In this document: positions 19,801 to 28,569 of the stretch, piece after piece | How positions within the stretch are numbered: the stretch's first letter is position 1 | Layout: every line of letters begins with the position of its first letter | From: an uncultured Thermoleophilia bacterium | GTDB taxonomy: Bacteria; Actinomycetota; Thermoleophilia; UBA2241 | Direction: 5' to 3' | Length of the DNA: 64,000 nucleotides | Assembly: GCA_963702475.1 (NCBI GenBank) | Contig: CAVPCT010000005.1 | Coordinates: 544,001 to 608,000, forward strand | The notes under the pieces: generated by a model | Seen by the model: only the letters and a program-made list of their open reading frames with translations | The model's database searches: none | Told to the model about the DNA's origin: nothing | Made by a program: the position numbers and the translations under genes

Positions 19801-21331
19801 GCTCATCCGCGAGAAGATCGAGGAGCACAACCTCAACCGGGTCGTGGTCGCCAGCTGCACGCCGCGCACGCACGAGCCCATCTTCCAGGACACCCTGCGT
19901 GAGGCGGGCCTCAACCCGTTCCTCTTCGAGATGGCCAACATCCGCGACCAGGCGAGCTGGGTGCACGCCAAGGAGCCGGAGAAGGCCACGCAGAAGGCCA
20001 AGGAGCTCATCCAGATGAGCGTGGCCAGGGCCCGGCTCCTCGAGCCGCTGTTCAAGGTGGACGTACCGCTCACGCACGCCGCCGTCGTGGTGGGTGGCGG
20101 CGTGGCCGGCATGACGGCCGCCTCAGCGCTCGGTGAGATGGGCCACGAGGTCCACCTGGTGGAGCGCACCGGCAAGCTCGGCGGCCACGTGCTCGAGCTC
20201 GGCCACACCATCAAGAGCAACGACCCGGCCGAGCTGGTCAAGGACCTCGAGCAGCGTCTGGTCGACAACCCCAACGTCAAGATCCACCTCGACGCCGAGC
20301 TCGCCGACTTCCACGGCTTCATCGGCAACTTCTCGAGCACCATCGTCGAGGGCGACGGCAAGCGCACACCGGTCGATCACGGCGTGGTCATCGTGGCCAC
20401 CGGTGGCGTGGAGGACCGGCCGGAGGAGCTCTACGGCCTCGGCGCCAGCCCCAAGGTCATCACCGGCATGGACCTCGAGCGCATGCTCAAGGAGGACGAC
20501 CCGGCGCTCGCCGCCGTCAAGTCGGTCGGCTTCATCCTCTGCGCCAACTCGCTCGACGAGAGCCACCCCTACTGCTCGCGCACCTGCTGCCAGCAGAGCA
20601 TCAAGAACGCCATCGCGCTCAAGGAGAAGGACCCCAGGCGCAAGGTCTACGTGTGGTTCAAGGAGGTCCGTACCTTCGGCTTCCTCGAGGAGTACTACAC
20701 CAGGGCGCGCGAGCTGGGAGTCATCTTCACGCGCTACGACAACGACACCCTGCCCCAGGTCTCGGCCAACGGCAGCGTGAGCGTCAAGGCCCGCGACCCG
20801 TACCTGCGTCGCGACGTCGAGCTGCCGCTCGACTGCCTGGTGCTGGCCACGGCCACCACCGGCGCCGAGGGTGCGTCCGACCTCAGCAAGATGCTCAAGG
20901 TGCCGCTCACGGCCGACGGCTTCTACCTCGAGGCCCACGTCAAGCTGCGCCCGGTGGACTTCGGGTCCGAGGGCATCTTCCTCTGCGGCTCTGCCCACTA
21001 CCCCAAGAGCATCGAGGAGACCATCAGCCAGGCCTACGCCGCGGCCGGCCGCGCCGCCGCCATTCTCGCCAAGCCGGTCATCAAGGCCGGCGGCGTGGTG
21101 GCCGAGGTCGACCAGGACAAGTGCGCCGCCTGCCTCACCTGCGTCCGCATCTGCCCCTACGAGGTGCCGATCATCGATGTCGAGGCCAAGAAGGCCAAGA
21201 TCGAGGCGGCGGCCTGCCAGGGCTGCGGCGTGTGCGTCAGCGAGTGCCCCGTGAAGGCCATCACCCTGCACCACTACACCGACGCGCAGATCTTCGCGAA
21301 GGAAGAAGCGCTCTTCATGGAGGTGAGCTGA
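16883..21331 (+). CDS. hdrA: Large heterodisulfide reductase subunit A with inserted GltD-like NAD(P)/FAD module and second HdrA module (about 1482 aa)
   Basis: VVGGGVAG, LDKTFPTNDCAMC, CTSCGECAPKCP, GltD-like NPFPAVCGRVC/VGAGPSG/GIPEYRLP, IQCVGSR-YCSSVCC, FVCHCGSNI, SCTPRTHE, YCSRTCC, C-terminal 2x[4Fe-4S]; AAGGAG SD. Confidence 0.93.
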   Translation: MSGSPPKSTGAALVVGGGVAGIQCSLDLAEGGYKVYLVEKAPALGGHMAQLDKTFPTNDCAMCTLSPKLVEAGRHLNIDVVTNSELIGLEGEPGNFTAKVFHRARFVDPDKCTSCGECAPKCPVKVPDSYNEDLNERKAIYKLYPQAIPNTYAVTKKGHSPCKRACAVHTSAQGYVALIADERFAEAYTVASEPNPFPAVCGRVCTHKCETDCTRGQIEAPIAIAGLKRFVSDYAYDNVPLPDKVEVTFKEKVAVVGAGPSGLTAARDLALLGYAVTVLESKPEPGGMLRFGIPEYRLPKAALQQDIDRVTALGVDLQCGKTAGVDFTVDGLMKKDGGGYKAVYLAVGLQGGRTLPVPGADAKGVFDAVGLLKAATLGESVDMGKNVVVIGGGDVAFDAGRTALRLGAEKVTINCIEDDQSVPASDDELTEGLDEGIAFNCSCMPSQIITDADGRACKVEFLACSLGEPDARGWRPPVAITGSEHELDCDTVIFAIGQSMVEDFVEGAKELKVERGQILTDKATLGTGEKGVFAGGDCAASGPWTAIEAVAAGRRAARSIHNFLRGEDLLPLDDSMLDEAKPEDAILEQTAVMARMQMPHLPGAARKITWDEVNTGFTTEQAVAEAKRCLDCAICSECMECVRACGPGALLHDERDAEYTYDVGAVVMATGYDLYDPGENSEYGYRRYPNIFSSLEYERMLSASGPTIGAVKRPSDGAHPKKIAFIQCVGSRDQEHEYCSSVCCTYANKQAMLTIDHEPDCEPTVFLMDMRAQGKGFDAFYQRALDKGVKFVRSRPSYIKEDPLTNDLLISWEDEGGTLHETRYDLVVLSAGLEPARKAQEAAGHVGVALNRHGFCQLHEFNPLETSRKGVFVVGPFGEPKDIPDSVANASAAAAQVMTGLADSRGTLTVDKEYPAEKNVVGEEPRVGVFVCHCGSNIAGVIGVESVAEYAGTLPGVEFSTDTIYTCSSDSLSLIREKIEEHNLNRVVVASCTPRTHEPIFQDTLREAGLNPFLFEMANIRDQASWVHAKEPEKATQKAKELIQMSVARARLLEPLFKVDVPLTHAAVVVGGGVAGMTAASALGEMGHEVHLVERTGKLGGHVLELGHTIKSNDPAELVKDLEQRLVDNPNVKIHLDAELADFHGFIGNFSSTIVEGDGKRTPVDHGVVIVATGGVEDRPEELYGLGASPKVITGMDLERMLKEDDPALAAVKSVGFILCANSLDESHPYCSRTCCQQSIKNAIALKEKDPRRKVYVWFKEVRTFGFLEEYYTRARELGVIFTRYDNDTLPQVSANGSVSVKARDPYLRRDVELPLDCLVLATATTGAEGASDLSKMLKVPLTADGFYLEAHVKLRPVDFGSEGIFLCGSAHYPKSIEETISQAYAAAGRAAAILAKPVIKAGGVVAEVDQDKCAACLTCVRICPYEVPIIDVEAKKAKIEAAACQGCGVCVSECPVKAITLHHYTDAQIFAKEEALFMEVS

Positions 21332-21332
21332 C

Positions 21333-21911
21333 ATGGCCGAGTCCGCGGCCGCCGTCGCGACGGCTGAGGCCGAGGCCGAAGCCCCGAAGAGAACGGTGGA
21401 CCCCGACTTCGAGCCCGAGGTCATCACGTTCGCGTGTCACTATTGCGCCTATGCGGCGGCCGACCTGGCCGGCAGCATGCGTCTGCAGTACCCGTCGAAC
21501 ATCCGCATGGTCAAACTGCCGTGCACGGGCAAGCTCGAGACGATCCACCTGCTCAAGGCCATCCAGGCCGGCGCCGACGGGGTATACGCCGCCGGCTGCC
21601 TCGAGGGCGAGTGCCACTACCTCAAGGGCAACCTGTGGGCGCGCCAGCGCGTCAACCACGTCAAGGAGCTCCTCAGCGAGCTCGGCATCGAGCCCGAGCG
21701 CGTGGAGATGTACAACATGTCGTCAGCCATGGGCGCCAAGTTCGCCGAGGTCGCGACCGAGTTCGTGAACCGCATCAAGGAGCTTGGCCCCAACCCCGTG
21801 AAGCGTGAGGGCGTGGACGTGCACGCCGCGGCCCGCGAGGCCGTCGGCGATGTGGCCATGCCGGACGACGCCGCCTCACCCGCCACCGTCCAGGAAGGAA
21901 CCGCAGAATGA
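21333..21911 (+). CDS. mvhD: MvhD/FlpD [2Fe-2S] subunit
   Basis: FACHYCAYAAADLAG, LPCTGK, GADGVYAAGCLEGECHY. Confidence 0.93.
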   Translation: MAESAAAVATAEAEAEAPKRTVDPDFEPEVITFACHYCAYAAADLAGSMRLQYPSNIRMVKLPCTGKLETIHLLKAIQAGADGVYAAGCLEGECHYLKGNLWARQRVNHVKELLSELGIEPERVEMYNMSSAMGAKFAEVATEFVNRIKELGPNPVKREGVDVHAAAREAVGDVAMPDDAASPATVQEGTAE

Positions 21912-22591
21912 TCACCGCCGAACGCAAACCCTTCGACGAGATCGTCGAGCTCGTCGGCGACAGGAAGAAGGTCCTCGTGGCCGGCTGCGACACCTGTGTC
22001 GCGATCTGCCTCACCGGCGGCGAGAAAGAAGCTGAGGTCCTGGCCAGCGAGCTCAAGATCAAGGCCGAGATGGACGGCCGCGAGCTCGCCATCGAGCACA
22101 CCGCCGCCATCCGCCAGTGCGAGTGGGAGTACCTCGACATGATCGCCGCCAAGGTCGAGGAGGCCGACGTGGTGCTCAGCATGGCGTGCGGCATCGGCAT
22201 CCAGAGCATGGCCGAGAAGTTCGCGCCCAAGGTGGTACTGCCGGCGGTGAACACCAACATGCTCGGCATGCCGCAGGAGCACGCCGTGTGGCTCGAGCGC
22301 TGCGGCGCCTGCGGCGACTGCGTCATCGGCGAGACCGCCGGCATCTGCCCCGTGGTCCGCTGCAGCAAGAGCCTCATGAACGGCCCGTGCGGCGGCTCGC
22401 ACGACGGCTTCTGCGAGGTCACCACTCCCGAGAAGGAGAACCTCGACTGCGCCTGGCACCTCATCTGGGACCGCCTCAAGGCGCAGGGCCGCGAAGAGCT
22501 GATGATCAAGAACCGCCCGCCGAAGAACTGGGGCGCGAGCAGCTCCGGTGGCCCGCGGAAGATGGTGCGTGAGGAGGCGAAGCCGGTATGA
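21908..22591 (+). CDS. metV: Methylene-THF reductase small Fe-S/Zn subunit MetV
   Basis: GCDTCVAIC, CGIGIQ, CGACGDC, GICPVVRCSKSLMNGPCGG, CAW; start overlaps mvhD stop. Confidence 0.92.
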   Translation: MITAERKPFDEIVELVGDRKKVLVAGCDTCVAICLTGGEKEAEVLASELKIKAEMDGRELAIEHTAAIRQCEWEYLDMIAAKVEEADVVLSMACGIGIQSMAEKFAPKVVLPAVNTNMLGMPQEHAVWLERCGACGDCVIGETAGICPVVRCSKSLMNGPCGGSHDGFCEVTTPEKENLDCAWHLIWDRLKAQGREELMIKNRPPKNWGASSSGGPRKMVREEAKPV

Positions 22592-23532
22592 CCGCGACCG
22601 AGTACAAGGCTGGCACGAATCTCGAGAAGGTCTTCAGCGAGGGCAAGTTCGCCGTCACCGGCGAGTGCGGCCCGCCCAAGAGCGCCGACGGCAGCGTCAT
22701 CGCCGGCAAGGCCGACATGCTCAAGGGCTACGTGGATGCGGTCAACATCACCGACAACCAGACCGCCGTCGTCCGCATCGCCTCCCTCCCGTCCGCCGTC
22801 ACCGTGCAGCAGCACGGGCTCGAGGCGATCATGCAGATGACCTGCCGGGACAGGAACCGCCTCGCCATGCAGGCCGACATGCTCGGCGCCCACACCCTGG
22901 GCGTCCACAACATCCTCTGCCTCACCGGCGACCACATGAGCTTCGGCAACCACCCGCAGGCCAAGGGCGTGCACGACCTCGACTCCATCAACCTGATCGC
23001 CATGCTCAAGAGCATGCGCGACGACGCCAAGTTCGAGTGCGGCGAGGAGATGGCGGTCGCGCCCAAGTTCTACATCGGTTGCGCCGAGAACCCCTTCGGC
23101 GACCCCTTCGAGTACCGCAGCATCCGGCTCAAGAAGAAGATCCTGGCCGGCGCCGACTTCATGCAGACCCAGTGCATCTTCAACGTCCCCAAGTTCAAGA
23201 CGTGGATGGAGGAGGTCCGCGCCGAGGGCCTGCACCAGGAGATCAAGATCATGGCCGGCCTCACGCCGCTCAAGGGCGTCGGCGGCGCGCGCTACATGAA
23301 GAACTTCGTGCCGGGCATGGACGTGCCCGACGACATCGTCGACCGCATGGCCGGCGTCGAGAAGGGCCCGGCCTCGCACGCCGAGGGCAAGAAGCTCGCC
23401 GTCGAGATGATCAAGGAGCTGGCCGAGGTCGAGGGCGTCGCCGGCGTGCACATCATGGCCGTCGAGTGGGAAGAGGCGGTGCCGGAGATCGTCGAGATGG
23501 CCGGCCTCCTGCCTCGTCCCACCGTGGCGTAA
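22588..23532 (+). CDS. metF: Methylenetetrahydrofolate reductase MetF
   Basis: ECGPPK, DAVNITDNQTA, MQMTCRDRNRLAMQ, LCLTGDH, KKILAGADFMQTQ, GVHIMA. Confidence 0.94.
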   Translation: MTATEYKAGTNLEKVFSEGKFAVTGECGPPKSADGSVIAGKADMLKGYVDAVNITDNQTAVVRIASLPSAVTVQQHGLEAIMQMTCRDRNRLAMQADMLGAHTLGVHNILCLTGDHMSFGNHPQAKGVHDLDSINLIAMLKSMRDDAKFECGEEMAVAPKFYIGCAENPFGDPFEYRSIRLKKKILAGADFMQTQCIFNVPKFKTWMEEVRAEGLHQEIKIMAGLTPLKGVGGARYMKNFVPGMDVPDDIVDRMAGVEKGPASHAEGKKLAVEMIKELAEVEGVAGVHIMAVEWEEAVPEIVEMAGLLPRPTVA

Positions 23533-23543
23533 GGAGGCAGGGT

Positions 23544-24129
23544 ATGACCACCTGCACCCCGAGCCCGCTGCTCGCCGAGAACGTCGGCACGGGCTGCGGC
23601 GAGAACGCGTACAAGTGCTACCAGTGCAAACGCTGCACGTCGGGCTGTCCGGTGGCGCGGTACGCGGACATGCACCCCGCCATGATCATGCGCGCCGTGC
23701 AGCTCGGCCAGCTCGACATGGTGTTCGACGACCGCTTCATCTGGCTGTGCACCGGGTGCGAGACCTGCACCACCCGGTGCCCCCAGGGCATCGACATCGC
23801 CGCCGTCATGGACGAGCTCAAGATCATCGCCCGGCGCCAGGGCCGCATCCCCGCGGACACGCCGTCGGCCGAACATGCTCAAGCTCAACTACGACTCGTT
23901 CGTGCGCTGGGGCCGCATGTGGGAGGTCGAGCTGATCACCCGCGACGTGCTCAAGCGCCCGGGCAGCGCCAGGAACTGGTTCACGCTCGGCCCCAAGATG
24001 ATGCTCAAGGGCAAGATCAACCCCACGCTCAAGAAGGGCGACGCCCTCGCCATGAAGCGCATGGTCGCGACCGCCGAGAGCATCACCAAGGCGCGCATGG
24101 CGCAGCAGAAGAAGGAGGCGCGGTCATGA
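23544..24129 (+). CDS. hdrC: Heterodisulfide reductase subunit C (apparent frameshift near 23870)
   Basis: CYQCKRCTSGCP and WLCTGCETCTTRCPQGID; continues in ORF 23875..24129 (SFVRWGRMWE); AAGGAGG SD. Confidence 0.88.
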
Positions 24130-24992
24130 GCGCCACCATGGCCTACTACCCCGGCTGCTCCCTGCACGGCACCTCGGGCGAGTTCGACGCCAGCTTCAAG
24201 GCGACGGCCCGGGCGCTCGACATCACCCTGCAGGAGATCCCCGGCTGGGAGTGCTGCGGCAACACCGCGGCGCACTCCATCAACCGCCTGCTCTCCGTGG
24301 CCCTGCCGGTCAACGAGCTGGCCAAGGTGGAGCAGGACATGCGCCTCGACAGCGTGGCCGTGCCGTGCGCGGCCTGCTACAGCCGCTTCAAGATCGGCCC
24401 GTACGAGGTCGCCGAGAGCGTGCAGACCGCGGCCGACGTACGTGCCGTGGTCGGCCGCCCGTACAACGGCGGCGTCGAGGTCCAGAACCTCATCGACGTG
24501 TACCACGACACCGTGGGCCTCGAGGCGCTCAAGGCGCGCGTCACGCGCCCGTTCCGCGGCCTCAAGGTGGCCTGCTACTACGGCTGCCTGCTCACGCGGC
24601 CGCCCAAGGCCACGCTGGCCGACGACCCCGAGTACCCCATGCACATGGACGAGGTCGTCAAGGCGCTCGGCTGCGAGGCCGTGCAGTGGAACTACAAGAC
24701 CGACTGCTGCGGCGCCTCGCTGGCGCTCACGGAGCAGGGCATCGTGGACGACCTCGTGGGCCGCATCGTCACCGACGCGCACCAGTGCGGCGCCGAGGCG
24801 ATCGTGGTGTCCTGCCCGCTCTGCCAGGTCAACCTGGACGGCCGGCAGCTCATGATCGTCAAACAGCACCCCGACTGGCACCACGTGCCGGTCGTGTTCC
24901 TGAGCCAGCTGGTCGGCCGCGCCATCGGCATCGACGACAAGACGCTGGGGCTGCAGAAGCACCTCGTCGACGTCGCCGCCGTGATGGCGTAA
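24126..24992 (+). CDS. hdrB: Heterodisulfide reductase subunit B
   Basis: Two CCG domains: YYPGCSL, WECCG, PCAACY, YYGCLL, DCCGAS, SCPLCQ. Confidence 0.93.
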   Translation: MSATMAYYPGCSLHGTSGEFDASFKATARALDITLQEIPGWECCGNTAAHSINRLLSVALPVNELAKVEQDMRLDSVAVPCAACYSRFKIGPYEVAESVQTAADVRAVVGRPYNGGVEVQNLIDVYHDTVGLEALKARVTRPFRGLKVACYYGCLLTRPPKATLADDPEYPMHMDEVVKALGCEAVQWNYKTDCCGASLALTEQGIVDDLVGRIVTDAHQCGAEAIVVSCPLCQVNLDGRQLMIVKQHPDWHHVPVVFLSQLVGRAIGIDDKTLGLQKHLVDVAAVMA

Positions 24993-25016
24993 GCGAGCGT
25001 CACAGAGCCATCGCTC

Positions 25017-25052
25017 GAAAGGGCGGCGGGCCTTGCGGCCCGCCGCCCTTTC
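25017..25052. terminator. Intrinsic terminator after hdrB
   Basis: 16-bp perfect stem GAAAGGGCGGCGGGCC-TTGC-GGCCCGCCGCCCTTTC followed by TCTT. Confidence 0.8.
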
Positions 25053-25176
25053 TCTTGGCGCGACCGCGGCGCCGGCGGCGGCCGCAGCCCGACGCCCCGC
25101 CGCGAGCCCCCTCGCGAGGCGTGACCTGAGGTGCCCTGCCACGTACAGTGCTGGTGCCGACGACGAAGGAGGGACC

Positions 25177-25803
25177 ATGGGCACTGTTCCGGAGACGGCC
25201 GGCGCCGGCCGGGTGCTGCTCGTGTACGCCACGCGGCACGGGTCGACGAGGGAGGTGGCCCAGGCGGTGGCGGAGGAACTGCGCCGGGCCGGCGCCGAGG
25301 TCGAGCTGTGCGAGGCCTCATCGGCGCCGGCGCCGGACGGCTACGACGCCGTGGTGCTCGGCGCGCCGATGATCATGGGCTGGCACAAGGAGGCGCGCAG
25401 GTACGTCAAGGCGCACCGGCAGGCGCTCGCCCGCCTGCCGTGGGCGCTGTTCGTGACGGCGGCCTCGCTCACCGAGGACGGTCAAGCCGCCGTGCGCGGC
25501 GTGCCGGTCGCCAAGGACCCGTGGCTCGTGAAGCAGCCCCGCGACTCGGGCCGGCTGGGTCGCAAGGAGCGGTACGCGCTGCCGTCGCATTACCTCGGCG
25601 ACATCATGGACGAGTGCTCACCGGCCCAGCCCCTTCAGACGGCCTTCTTCGCAGGCTCGCTCGACCTCACGACCATGAACATCTTCGAGAAGCTCTTCGT
25701 GCTGCTCGCGGTCGGGGCGACGCCGGGCGACGGCCGCCACTTCGACTACGTGCGCGAGTGGGCGCGCGGGCTGCCTGCGGTGCTGCGCACGCAGCGCGGC
25801 TGA
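25177..25803 (+). CDS. Flavodoxin-domain protein (Flavodoxin_5 / HemG-like)
   Basis: LLVYATRHGSTREVA FMN loop, YDAVVLGAP, FFAGSLD; AAGGAGG SD. Confidence 0.85.
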   Translation: MGTVPETAGAGRVLLVYATRHGSTREVAQAVAEELRRAGAEVELCEASSAPAPDGYDAVVLGAPMIMGWHKEARRYVKAHRQALARLPWALFVTAASLTEDGQAAVRGVPVAKDPWLVKQPRDSGRLGRKERYALPSHYLGDIMDECSPAQPLQTAFFAGSLDLTTMNIFEKLFVLLAVGATPGDGRHFDYVREWARGLPAVLRTQRG

Positions 25804-25876
25804 CGCACCTGAGCGCAGGCCCGGGGGCTGAGCGCGGCTCTCGTGTCCACGGCGCCGCCGCCGTGGCGCGGCGCCA

Positions 25877-26242
25877 TCATTTGAGCTCGGTCGCCACGTA
25901 GCGGCTCACGGCCTGGATCTGCTCCGCCGTGAGCTGATCGCCGTAGCCCGGCATGCCCGAGGCGCCGTCTGTGACGACGCGGGCGATCTCCGCGGCGTCG
26001 TCCTCGCCGGCGATGACGACCGAGCCGCGTCCGTCGGAGCCGTGACAGCCGGAGCAGAACTGGACGTACAGGCTGTCGGGGTCGGTGGCCGGCGACAGGT
26101 CGGCCCCGGAGGACTCGGCGGGCGTGGCGGCCGAGGACTCCACCGGCGCGGTCGACGGTCCCTGGTCGGTGGAGCCGCCGCAGGCGGCGACGGTCGCCAC
26201 CATGGCGAGGGACAGGACCAGGACGAGGGCTGAACGACGCAT
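25877..26242 (-). CDS. Monoheme cytochrome c lipoprotein
   Basis: Lipobox VAAC, CSGCH heme motif, distal Met (SGMPGY), LTAEQIQAV helix. Confidence 0.88.
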   Translation of the reverse strand: MRRSALVLVLSLAMVATVAACGGSTDQGPSTAPVESSAATPAESSGADLSPATDPDSLYVQFCSGCHGSDGRGSVVIAGEDDAAEIARVVTDGASGMPGYGDQLTAEQIQAVSRYVATELK

Positions 26243-26402
26243 GCGGGCTCCATTCGCGAGACGTGGACGTTGTTCCGGTACCCCAGATACCGTCCAGCGT
26301 ATCGCACAGCCGCCCGCACGCGGGCGACGCAGGTGTGCCGCTCCCCATAGAATGCGCCCTGCGCATCACTCACCAAGCTCACCGAGAGGAGAGGGACGGT
26401 CG

Positions 26403-27053
26403 ATGACTACCGTTGATGAACTGGTCGGCGCGGTGCAGGCGGGCGACGCATCCCAGGCCGCCGACCTCGCCGCAAAGGCGCTGCAGGACGGCGCCGACGC
26501 AACCGCCATGGTCGGATCGCTGTCGGCCGCCATGCGCGCCGTGGGCGACCGCTTCGGCACGGGCGAGATCTTCCTGCCGGAGCTCATGCTGTCGGCGCGC
26601 GCGATGCAGAAGGCCATGGAGGTGATCCAGCCGGCCCTGCTGGACTCAGCCGGCGCGGCCGCGAAGCAGGGCGTCGTCGTGCTCGGCACCGTGCGCGGCG
26701 ACGTGCACGAGATCGGCAAGGACATCGCCATCACCATGCTGCGGGCCTCGGGATTCGAGGTCGTGGACCTCGGCCGCGACGTCGATCCGCTCGACTTCAT
26801 CAAGCGCGCCGAAGAGGTGAAGGCCGACATCATCGGCGCGTCCGCGCTGATGACCACCACCATGCCCGCGCAGAGGGAGCTGGTCGACATCCTCGTGGCC
26901 AAAGGCCTGCGCGAGAAGTACCACGTGATCCTCGGCGGCGCCCCCGTCACGGCCGAGTGGGTGGCCGAGACGGGCGCCGACAGCTGGGGCGAGGACGCCG
27001 GCAAAGCCGTCAAGGTCCTCGAGCAGTACATGGCCGCCAAGAAGGGGGCGTGA
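26403..27053 (+). CDS. Methyltransferase cognate corrinoid protein (MtmC/MtbC-like)
   Basis: VGDRFGTGEIFLPEL cap domain, GDVHEIGK (DxHxxG), SALMTTTM, GGAPVT. Confidence 0.93.
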   Translation: MTTVDELVGAVQAGDASQAADLAAKALQDGADATAMVGSLSAAMRAVGDRFGTGEIFLPELMLSARAMQKAMEVIQPALLDSAGAAAKQGVVVLGTVRGDVHEIGKDIAITMLRASGFEVVDLGRDVDPLDFIKRAEEVKADIIGASALMTTTMPAQRELVDILVAKGLREKYHVILGGAPVTAEWVAETGADSWGEDAGKAVKVLEQYMAAKKGA

Positions 27054-27054
27054 C

Positions 27055-28434
27055 GTGTCGCACCTGAAGCTGTGGGAGATCATGGAGCGGGCCGCCGAAG
27101 GTCCGTACTGCGAGGACGACGAGTTCCTCTACGACCTCTTTCTGCCGAAGATGCAGGAGGTGCTGCGCAAGTACGAGATCAAGTTCGACCCCGCGCAGCC
27201 GGTGCCGGCCGACGATGACCTGGCCGACCGGATCTGGAAGGCCGCGGTGGAGCTCTTCCTGCACGTGGGCGTGCATAACGTCGACACGCACCGTCGCATC
27301 CTCATCACCGAGGACGAGCTGAACGAGGCACTCTATCTGGCGCCGAAGGTGCACCAGGTCGGCGCCGGTCACGAGACGCGCTGGTGGATGCCGCGCAAAG
27401 TGGAGGACGAGCGCGGCCCGTTCGTCATCTTCAGCCCCGACATCACCTACGACGAGGAGATCTTCCTGCAGGCCTCCCTTGCCTACGTGCAGGAGCCCCT
27501 CGCCGACGGCGTCTGCGGGCCGATCCTGGAGGAGTCCATCGGCCGCACCATCCACTCCGGCACTCCCACCGAGATGGCCGGCGTGATGGAGCACGCCATG
27601 CAGCTCCGCAACGCGGCCAGGCTGGTCGGCCGCCCGGGCCTCTTCCTCGTGGCCGTGGGCACGGCGCAGTCGGACGTCGGCCAGATCGCCGTGAGCAACA
27701 ACGAGTGGGGCGTGCGCAGCACCGACGGCCGCCTCATCGGGGTGCTCACCGAGATGAAGACCGACAACGAGCTGCTCAACAAGGTCACGCACTGCAAGCA
27801 GTTCGGCTGCGCCATCGGCTGCCTCACCGGCGCCATCTACGGCGGCTACGCCGGCGGCGCCGAAGGCACGGCGGTGCTGGAGGTGGCTCACCACCTGGTC
27901 GGCCTCACCGTGTACCAGCACAACTTCAACAACAGCTTCCCGTTCCATATGCAGTACACGTCCAACAGCGGACGGGAGATGCTCTGGCTGGTCAGCTTGG
28001 TGCACCAGGCGCTGGCCCGTAACAGCCGTATCCTCAGCACCAGCAACGGCTTCTTCAACGCCGGGCCGGGTACGGAGATGCTGTTCCGCGAGGCCTCGGC
28101 GCACGCCATCGCCAGCGTCGTGAGCGGCGGCGACCTGTGGACTTCGGCGCCGCGCCACAACAAGTACCGCAACTACGCCACGCCGCTCGAGGCGCGCCTG
28201 GCGGCCGAGTGCGGTCACGCCGTCGCCAACCAGGGCATGACCCGGGCGCAGGCCTGCGAGGTAGTCGACACGCTGCTCAAGAAGTACGAGGCGGAGATCC
28301 CCACGGCCCCCGAGGGCAAGCCCATCCAGGAGTGCTACGACCTCATGAAGGTCAAGCCGCAGGGCTGGTACCTGGACATGTACAAGGCCGCACGCGAGGA
28401 GCTCGCCGGGCTCGGCGTGCAGTTCCCGTACTGA
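27055..28434 (+). CDS. mtmB: Monomethylamine:corrinoid methyltransferase (MtmB) family protein without pyrrolysine
   Basis: 459 aa; VPADDDLADRIWKA, NVDTHRRI, SGTPTEM, GRPG, YGGYAGGAEG, GPGTEM, TPLEAR, APEGKPIQECYD; open frame with no amber codon. Confidence 0.88.
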   Translation: MSHLKLWEIMERAAEGPYCEDDEFLYDLFLPKMQEVLRKYEIKFDPAQPVPADDDLADRIWKAAVELFLHVGVHNVDTHRRILITEDELNEALYLAPKVHQVGAGHETRWWMPRKVEDERGPFVIFSPDITYDEEIFLQASLAYVQEPLADGVCGPILEESIGRTIHSGTPTEMAGVMEHAMQLRNAARLVGRPGLFLVAVGTAQSDVGQIAVSNNEWGVRSTDGRLIGVLTEMKTDNELLNKVTHCKQFGCAIGCLTGAIYGGYAGGAEGTAVLEVAHHLVGLTVYQHNFNNSFPFHMQYTSNSGREMLWLVSLVHQALARNSRILSTSNGFFNAGPGTEMLFREASAHAIASVVSGGDLWTSAPRHNKYRNYATPLEARLAAECGHAVANQGMTRAQACEVVDTLLKKYEAEIPTAPEGKPIQECYDLMKVKPQGWYLDMYKAAREELAGLGVQFPY

Positions 28435-28468
28435 GACCCCGTCGCGGCGCGAGCCGCGGCCGCGGGAC

Positions 28469-28511
28469 GAGACGCAGACGGGGCGCCCAGCGGGCGCCCC
28501 GTCTGCGTCTC
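28469..28511. terminator. Perfect 20-bp hairpin between convergent units (probable bidirectional terminator)
   Basis: GAGACGCAGACGGGGCGCCC-AGC-GGGCGCCCCGTCTGCGTCTC. Confidence 0.75.
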
Positions 28512-28569
28512 CGGCCGGCCGCGGCCGGCCCCCTGCGATGTCACGCGCCGACACGCGGCGCGGGCTGCG

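Noticed and set aside
16883-21911. Selenocysteine in HdrA or MvhD
   Set aside because: Both frames are open with Cys codons and no in-frame TGA
22548-24992. 814-aa ORF suggesting an HdrC-HdrB fusion
   Set aside because: Caused by the frameshift near 23870; hdrC and hdrB each have their own SD and start codon
27055-28434. Pyrrolysine recoding or methanogenesis
   Set aside because: No in-frame TAG, no pyl or mcr genes in the window, and the context is bacterial
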